From: an uncultured Candidatus Micrarchaeota archaeon
GTDB lineage: Archaea > Micrarchaeota > Micrarchaeia > Burarchaeales > Fermentimicrarchaeaceae
Assembly: GCA_963760615.1 (NCBI GenBank)
Contig: CAVXDX010000004.1
Location: 32,001-96,000 of the forward strand
Length of the DNA: 64,000 nt
Direction of reading: 5' to 3'
Under the pieces are notes generated by a model. The model saw only the letters and a list, made by a program, of their open reading frames with translations. It searched no databases and was not told where the DNA came from. Position 1 is the first letter of the stretch. The number at the start of each line of letters is the position of its first letter. The translations under genes and the position numbers were made by a program. Below are positions 57,836 to 64,000 of this stretch, one piece after another.

Positions 57836-57850
57836 GGCTTTGCACATAAA
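57836..57850 (-). repeat. 15-bp motif TTTATGTGCAAAGCC, copy 2, with partial tandem copy GCACATAAATT at 57879
   Basis: GGCTTTGCACATAAA on + strand. Confidence 0.7.
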
Positions 57851-57959
57851 TTAGGGTCTGCACCTAATCTAACCACCGCACATAAATTGATCAACAATCA
57901 CTCGCAAGTCGGAGAGAACCCAGTTTGGTTCCTTCTGCCTTCCTGCTTTGGCTTGAGAA

Positions 57960-59192
57960 TTATTTCACCGTTAGTGTCTTCTTTCCAATAGATCCTTCAA
58001 TAGATTCTTTGATTCTTTCTTCTGCTGGCTTTACTGGAACTCCTAGCCTGCGGTCTATCTCCTTCAGTGCTTTATGTGCATCCTCCAGGTCCCATCTTAG
58101 CTCATCTGAAGTTGCCCCTTTGTTTTTTTCTATGAATGCCTCAATCTCCTTTTTGGAATCCTTCCCGCCAATCTTGCCCAGGGCTTCGAATGAGAAGCCC
58201 TTTCTGTCAGTCGTTATATGCATCAGCCGGATTGCGGCAGCCTCGTATTCCTTGTTGTCTGGGTTCCCGCAGTTGCCCAGAACTTCGAGAACGTTCCTCT
58301 CGTTTAGTGCGAAACCCAGGGATTTCTTGAACTCGGCAGCTGCGTAGTTGAACTTGGCTTTTTCAATAGACTCCGCAGCATCGTCAATGGCTTTCAGATA
58401 TTCCAGGATTTTTTTGGCAGCAGGCTCCCATTTCAGGTACGCAAATGTATCCATTGCATTCTCCACTTCCCTCTCTTTCAGGCTGTTTTCCATCACGGAA
58501 AGGTAGTGCTCCCCCACCTTCTTTTTTGCTTCTGCATCCCCTGTCCTTTCAATCGCTTGGGCAGCTGGCCGTCTAATCTCATAGTTATCGCTGAAGGCTG
58601 CTTGAAGCGCCTTGTCAGCCACTGCCTTCTTCACTTCCTTCGGCATATCGGAGTAATCAACACTCGCAAAAAGCTCAAGTATGTACTTTTTAGTACCTTC
58701 CAACACTCTTGTGTCATAAACAGACAGCGCCTCTTTCACTGCCTTATCCTTTCGCTTCGGGTCGACTGCATTTATCATATTTTCGTGTGATAGAATGTCG
58801 AGGCATCCTACAGGAATGCTGAAATAAGTATAATTACCAAACCAGTCAAACGGACTATGGAGACCGTCTAGGATTCTCTTGTCCTCCTTGCTTTCATTCT
58901 CGCTAATGCCGGCAATTAATGCATCAAAAATAGCTTCCTTTGATTTTTTTGAGAGTGACCCCGGAACCTTGGCATCTTGTTCTACCATCGCATAAAAAAT
59001 TCTAATAATCTTGTACCTATCCTCCTGCTCACTCTTAAAAAAGTCCGAGAATGGTTTAGTTATCTTATCCGCATCCTGAACTAGTTTTTCAGCATCTTCA
59101 CTATGAAAAAAGGATTCAACCGTATTATAATACAAATGAACATCAGTATGAACATCATAGGGAGCCATAGTATCACCAACTAAATTGCTCAT
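57960..59192 (-). CDS. HEAT-repeat-like hypothetical protein
   Basis: Helical repeats (IRRPAAQAIERTG, ALGKIGG, AHKALKEI); AT-rich. Confidence 0.7.
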   Translation of the reverse strand: MSNLVGDTMAPYDVHTDVHLYYNTVESFFHSEDAEKLVQDADKITKPFSDFFKSEQEDRYKIIRIFYAMVEQDAKVPGSLSKKSKEAIFDALIAGISENESKEDKRILDGLHSPFDWFGNYTYFSIPVGCLDILSHENMINAVDPKRKDKAVKEALSVYDTRVLEGTKKYILELFASVDYSDMPKEVKKAVADKALQAAFSDNYEIRRPAAQAIERTGDAEAKKKVGEHYLSVMENSLKEREVENAMDTFAYLKWEPAAKKILEYLKAIDDAAESIEKAKFNYAAAEFKKSLGFALNERNVLEVLGNCGNPDNKEYEAAAIRLMHITTDRKGFSFEALGKIGGKDSKKEIEAFIEKNKGATSDELRWDLEDAHKALKEIDRRLGVPVKPAEERIKESIEGSIGKKTLTVK

Positions 59193-59397
59193 TTTCGGTA
59201 TTTAAACATAAGCCAAAGAAATGCGTTGTAGCACAACTCTCTCAGAGAGGGTGGCTTTCCAGTGAATATAACCCAACAGTTGTTAGTAACTTATTGTGAA
59301 ATATTTTTACATCCCGCAGATTCTGGATGACTGCATCCTTCAGAGCAGAGCAGGCAAATATTTATACCTATCCAACCATATCATCCTTTGTGATGAC

Positions 59398-60105
59398 ATG
59401 AAGACAATTGTATTGTGCGGCGGCAGGGGAACACGGCTGAGGCCGTATACGTACTCCATACCGAAGCCAATGCTGCCCCTGGGCACAAAGCCCATACTGG
59501 AGTTCGTGATAACCAACCTCAGGAGTCATGGTTTCAGGGATATTTACCTCACAGTTGGCTATCTCAAACACCAGATAATGCAGTATTTCGGGGATGGGAG
59601 CAAGTTCGGTGTTAACATAAAATACTTCATAGAGGATGATACAGAGCGCAACACAGCAGGCTCAATACTGCCCTGCATGGAATGCCTGGATAGCACCTTC
59701 CTGGTTGTGATGGGAGACCACCTCACCTCCCTAGACCCGCAGAAGCTTGCCAGTTTCCATAAGAAAAAAAGAGCTATGGCAACTATAGCGTTGAAGAAGA
59801 CAGGAGTTCCTCTGGAGTATGGCGTAGCGCATATTGATGAGGACAGCAAGATAGAGAAATTTGAGGAGAAGCCGATAGTGCAGAACCTCATAAATGCAGG
59901 CATGTACTGCTTCGAGCCAGAGGTGTTCCACTACATAAAGGATGGCTATGACTTTGCTCGGGATGTCTTCCCAAAACTGCTTAAGGATAGGAAGAAGGTT
60001 TACGGCTACATATTCGACGAATACTGGATAGACATAGGGAGAGTTCCGGACTACGAGCAGCTCAACCGGATAATAAGCATAGTGGATTTGGTAACTCGCA
60101 AGTAG
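59398..60105 (+). CDS. Sugar-phosphate nucleotidyltransferase
   Basis: LCGGRGTRLRP...PKPM, EEKP, NAGMY, WIDIG; start at ATG 59398. Confidence 0.93.
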   Translation: MKTIVLCGGRGTRLRPYTYSIPKPMLPLGTKPILEFVITNLRSHGFRDIYLTVGYLKHQIMQYFGDGSKFGVNIKYFIEDDTERNTAGSILPCMECLDSTFLVVMGDHLTSLDPQKLASFHKKKRAMATIALKKTGVPLEYGVAHIDEDSKIEKFEEKPIVQNLINAGMYCFEPEVFHYIKDGYDFARDVFPKLLKDRKKVYGYIFDEYWIDIGRVPDYEQLNRIISIVDLVTRK

Positions 60106-60106
60106 T

Positions 60107-61129
60107 CTACCAGTATACGCTCCACACAGCCAGGGCACCGAATAATGCTTGGAAAGCCAAAAGTATAACAACAAGCTGCTTCTCTGTCGGGTGAATCGTC
60201 TTCATGAGCACGTGGGTGAGGGAGTATACCTTTCCGTTGTAATGCAGCCTGCCGTTTTTGCCAACTCTCCCAAAGTTCTCAGCCGAGAAGCCGGAGCTCC
60301 TCGCCTTTAGGAGGAACTCAATTATCTGCGGAGTCAGGCTTATCACCCCAATCCTCTCCATATTCCCGGTCACGACCGCAGCAACTACAGTTGCGCCTAT
60401 CATGTAAGTCGCAATATTCCCAGGGAATACCCTTGCAGGATACCAGTTGAAGAACAGGAATGCAAGGCATGCACCAAACAGTGCAATCATGAGGAAGCTC
60501 GCCTCTGCAGTGTGCAGCCCCATGCTTCCAAGCAGAATGCTTGCTGTGAATATGGAGAAGGAGATGATGGCGCCAGCACCGGCCTCTAGCCCGTTGAATC
60601 CCGCAAGCAGGTTCACGAGGTTCGAGCATGCTATGACTCCAATGGGTATAAGCAAGAGGGAGTACAGGCTTATATCCATAGGCCCTAGCAATGGAAAATA
60701 GTAAACACCGAGGTTGAAGTTCACTGTGAAGAAGATGAAGTTCATGGTTGACATACCTGCTTTGGTAACCATGAGGGGAATTGCCGCGAAGAGGGGAAGC
60801 AGAACCCTGTACCTGTCGGGCACATCAAGTATGTCGTCAAGAAGACCCATCACAGCTATTAGCGTTATCGAGCATATGGCGGCAAGCATGTATTCATGGT
60901 TGATGCCCTTAGAGTAGAGCTGCAGGGAGAGGAGGACAGCTATAGAGAAGCCCAGCAGAATGGCAACCCCACCGATCTTAGGTATTTGGGGTCTGTCCGC
61001 CTTGTTCGCATCCGCCCCAGTTATCCCCTGCTCCTTACTCCTCCTTGCAACCTTTGGCGTTATGAAATACACAACAATAAAGCTCACAAGGAAGACAATT
61101 GCGCATGCAGGAATGAGTTCTATGTTCAT
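60107..61129 (-). CDS. Polyprenyl-phosphate GlcNAc-1-P transferase (GPT/AglH, MraY superfamily)
   Basis: GITGADANK, PKIGG, GLLDD, NLLAGFNGLE, FNWYPARVFPG. Confidence 0.9.
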   Translation of the reverse strand: MNIELIPACAIVFLVSFIVVYFITPKVARRSKEQGITGADANKADRPQIPKIGGVAILLGFSIAVLLSLQLYSKGINHEYMLAAICSITLIAVMGLLDDILDVPDRYRVLLPLFAAIPLMVTKAGMSTMNFIFFTVNFNLGVYYFPLLGPMDISLYSLLLIPIGVIACSNLVNLLAGFNGLEAGAGAIISFSIFTASILLGSMGLHTAEASFLMIALFGACLAFLFFNWYPARVFPGNIATYMIGATVVAAVVTGNMERIGVISLTPQIIEFLLKARSSGFSAENFGRVGKNGRLHYNGKVYSLTHVLMKTIHPTEKQLVVILLAFQALFGALAVWSVYW

Positions 61130-62907
61130 TTGACTGCCTCGTATACCTTTATCTCACCGCTGTCTGAATTATAAACCAGCTTCAGCCCGTCTACCTGTTC
61201 GAAGAACAGCTTGAAAAGGTTCACCTTGTAGTTGTCCTGAGGGTATACGAGCCTACCGCTCCCAAGCATCAGGAAATTCTTAAGCGAAACCAGCCTGGCG
61301 CTCCCATCCCTTGTCACAACTCTCACGTTCCCCTGAACTGGGTTACCGCTGAGGGGGTCAATCTGCATGTAGGCAACTGCGCCATCCCCTGCCACGAATA
61401 TGGCGTACAGATTCCCATTATTATCCTTGGCAGATCCGTAGAATCTGAAGGACTCAATCCTAACCCTTGTGTTGTTTGCCGCTGCCTTGAGAACCTCAAT
61501 ATTGTCAAACAGCGAACTGTCAACCACCAGGTGGGTAACATTCCTCTCCTTCAAAAATTCTGTGGATTCATTAGAGAGAATGAAACGCGCGAATTCGGTG
61601 TCATTTGAATAGCTCCTCCTACCTGTTGTGAACTCAAGCATGGGTGAAACCCCGAATGCCCACAGGGTTGCATTCTCCGGCAGGTTGTCCGCAGTCCAGT
61701 TCATCAGCTCGTCAGCCCCCGTTCCAGTAATATCCTGCCGCTGTGACACGCTTATCATGGCTGCGCTTACAGAAGAGAAGAGGAAGAGCGCCATGACCGA
61801 GAATGCAATGTACGCGACAACTCTCCTTTCGCGGTACAGCGAAGCTATGAAAACAGAAGTCAGTGCAACTCCTGCGGAAGCAATCAGCGACTGGGTCGTT
61901 TCAAGAAAGTTCACGGAGAACAGAAATGAAACGAAGAAGAGAGTGCCTGCGAATAGGGCTAGCGCAAGATACTCATTCTTCAGCTCAAGCAACTCATTTA
62001 TGGCGAATGCTGAGAACAGTGCAATGCCAAATGCTGCTGGGAAGTAATTGAAGGGCACCACCGGCAGGGAGAGGATGAAGATGAATGCAGCGAATACTCC
62101 AAACTCGCTCCTTCTCCTATGCTTCCCGGCAATCCATGAAAGAAATGCAAATGCACCTACAAGGGCAAGGGGCGCGCCAAGGAAGTATGCCACGAAGTTT
62201 GTTGTTTTCATACTGCCAAAAACATTCTCTTGGGGGACGGTGAAATAGACAAGAAGGAAAGTCGTGAGTGTTGCCACAACTCCGTGGGCAAGAGCCTCAT
62301 CGAACTTCCTCCTCCAGCTGTAAAGCAGCTGGGCAAGGAGTGAGAGCAGGAAGACTCCAATCATGATAAACCCAACCTGCCAGCTCATCCCGGATATGAG
62401 GAAAAGCACTGCCGAAGCAAGCAGGAAAAGGTAGTTCCTCCTGCTGTAGAACATAAAGAAGGCGGAGCATGCCAGCGTGAAGAGGCACATCCCCAGAGCG
62501 TCTGCATAATACGTACCGGAGCCCATAATGAAGATGAAGGGTTGGGAAGATGCCAGAAGAATGGCACCTCCTGCAGCTGCTATATCCGAGAACATGCTCT
62601 TCAGCATGAAGTAGAATGATGCAATAGAGAGAAGCGAGAAAATTATGGGAAGAGCTTTTGCTATGCTGAGCATGAGGTTCGCGTTGAATTCCGTGCTTCC
62701 CGAGCTTAGAATTTGGTATATGAATGCAGTGAGCTGGTACAGCACAGGAGTAGGGCTTGAGAGCTTACCTTCCACTGCATCTTTTGCAAGCAGCAGCTGT
62801 GAATAGGATTCCATATCGAGCAGGTGCGGGTTCATCATACTGTATGCTAACACTGAGAAAGAGAGCACGAGGATGAAGGCTAGTGTAAGTTTCTCATCAT
62901 TTTCCAT
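61126..62907 (-). CDS. AglB/STT3-like membrane protein with degenerate catalytic motifs
   Basis: About 13 TM helices plus C-terminal extracytoplasmic domain; WAFGV where WWDYG is expected. Confidence 0.65.
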   Translation of the reverse strand: MENDEKLTLAFILVLSFSVLAYSMMNPHLLDMESYSQLLLAKDAVEGKLSSPTPVLYQLTAFIYQILSSGSTEFNANLMLSIAKALPIIFSLLSIASFYFMLKSMFSDIAAAGGAILLASSQPFIFIMGSGTYYADALGMCLFTLACSAFFMFYSRRNYLFLLASAVLFLISGMSWQVGFIMIGVFLLSLLAQLLYSWRRKFDEALAHGVVATLTTFLLVYFTVPQENVFGSMKTTNFVAYFLGAPLALVGAFAFLSWIAGKHRRRSEFGVFAAFIFILSLPVVPFNYFPAAFGIALFSAFAINELLELKNEYLALALFAGTLFFVSFLFSVNFLETTQSLIASAGVALTSVFIASLYRERRVVAYIAFSVMALFLFSSVSAAMISVSQRQDITGTGADELMNWTADNLPENATLWAFGVSPMLEFTTGRRSYSNDTEFARFILSNESTEFLKERNVTHLVVDSSLFDNIEVLKAAANNTRVRIESFRFYGSAKDNNGNLYAIFVAGDGAVAYMQIDPLSGNPVQGNVRVVTRDGSARLVSLKNFLMLGSGRLVYPQDNYKVNLFKLFFEQVDGLKLVYNSDSGEIKVYEAVK

Positions 62908-62914
62908 GCGAACT

Positions 62915-64000
62915 CTACCCCTTGCCCCTCCCTAGTCTGTCGTGGGCTTTTGCAAGATGTCCTGCAGCCAATGCAGATATTAGGCTAACCTCGCCAGCAA
63001 GAGCTGTTCCGCATGCTATCTCTGCAAACTTCCTGGCGTTGCTTCCAGGTGGTTTCCCAGGGCCGTAGCACCCCATTATCTGCAGCGCCTCCTTCTGCGT
63101 CGGGAGGTTCATCCCCCCTCCCAAAGCACCGCTCTCAATGCTTGGCATAAATATTGAGAAGTAGGCATCATCGCCCTCGTTTTCAACAGATGTTATCGCC
63201 ATGGCGCTGTTCATTATCTGGGCAGGGTCCTGTCCACATGCTATGTACAAAGCAGCAATGGGATTCGCAACATGAGCGTTGAACCCCCCGAGCACGCCAG
63301 CCCTTGCGGAGCCGATGAAATTCTTGCCATAGTTCACTTCCACCATACTTCTGGGAGTTGTTTTTAGCACTTCTTTTGCAACTTTTTTCGAAATAACGAC
63401 ATCCGCGGTGACGCTCCTGCCCCTGCCGAGTATGAAATTGACTGCAGACGGCTTCTTGTCAGTGCACATGTTGCCGCTCAGGGCTATGCACCTTGTATCT
63501 CTATTCTCCTTCTCAATGAACTCGACAACCTTCTCAAGCCCTATGGTTATCATGTTCATTCCCATGGCATCAGAGGTGTCGCACACAAACCTGAGGAATA
63601 CATGCCTGCCTGTTATGAAAGGCTGCACTTCCTTGAGCTTCAGGAACTTGTCCTGCTCCATGAGTTCCTTCAACTTGTAGAAGTTAGTGTTTGCCCAGTC
63701 CCTGAATTTCACTGCGTCAGAGACGTTCCTCACCTTGAAGAGAGGAGCCCTTGTCATGCCCTCGTGCAGCACCCTCACATCACAGCCTCCACTCAGTGTT
63801 ATTGCCCTCATACCTCTGTTGACTGATGCAACCAATGCGCCCTCAGTCGTTGCAAGTGGAACGTAGAATTCTCCCTTTGCGTTTTCTCCATTCACCTTCA
63901 AAGGACCGGCAACTCCGACTGGAACCTGCGTAACCCCTATGGGGTTGTCAATATTCCTGTTCGTTGCAAAGTCCATGTCTATAGAGTACTTGCCCATGTG
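62915..64000 (-). CDS. hmgA: Class I HMG-CoA reductase (probably 5'-partial)
   Basis: NPIG, ATTEGAL, DAMGMNM, GNMCTDKK, CGQDPAQ, LAKAH; frame open to window edge. Confidence 0.94.
   Translation of the reverse strand, partial: HMGKYSIDMDFATNRNIDNPIGVTQVPVGVAGPLKVNGENAKGEFYVPLATTEGALVASVNRGMRAITLSGGCDVRVLHEGMTRAPLFKVRNVSDAVKFRDWANTNFYKLKELMEQDKFLKLKEVQPFITGRHVFLRFVCDTSDAMGMNMITIGLEKVVEFIEKENRDTRCIALSGNMCTDKKPSAVNFILGRGRSVTADVVISKKVAKEVLKTTPRSMVEVNYGKNFIGSARAGVLGGFNAHVANPIAALYIACGQDPAQIMNSAMAITSVENEGDDAYFSIFMPSIESGALGGGMNLPTQKEALQIMGCYGPGKPPGSNARKFAEIACGTALAGEVSLISALAAGHLAKAHDRLGRGKG

Overview
Archaeal chromosomal window, most consistent with a metabolically fairly complete DPANN archaeon (Micrarchaeota-like; inferred from gene content, compact intergenics and an intron-containing tRNA-Ile(UAU)). 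It is mostly core genes: pheT, rfcL, ychF, cdc6, cdc48, topA, pyrG, rtcA, srp54, the rps19e-rpl39e-rpl31e-eIF6-LX-pfdA-ftsY cluster, guaAA/AB, two purP, phosphohexomutase, N-glycosylation genes and HMG-CoA reductase. It also has a bacterial-type glyA-folD-folC-purN operon. An ~11.5 kb block between a decayed IS200/IS605-type end (37.85 kb) and tRNA-Leu(CAA) (49.4 kb) carries mgtA, a ZIP transporter, a bacterial-type DHS, a trimeric [FeFe]-hydrogenase (hydCBA) with intact H-cluster motifs but reduced Fe-S wiring, a divergent S-component-like membrane gene, and an AT-rich gene resembling DGR target proteins. Best novelty candidates: a GINS-A-like/PLD fusion next to topA, the maturase-less hydrogenase with its linked membrane protein, the DGR-target-like orphan, a VirB6-like/surface-protein pair, a degenerate AglB paralog and several structured intergenic elements. 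All family assignments come from motif recognition by eye; no searches were run. Some starts were moved from the ORF track to the more plausible ATG.
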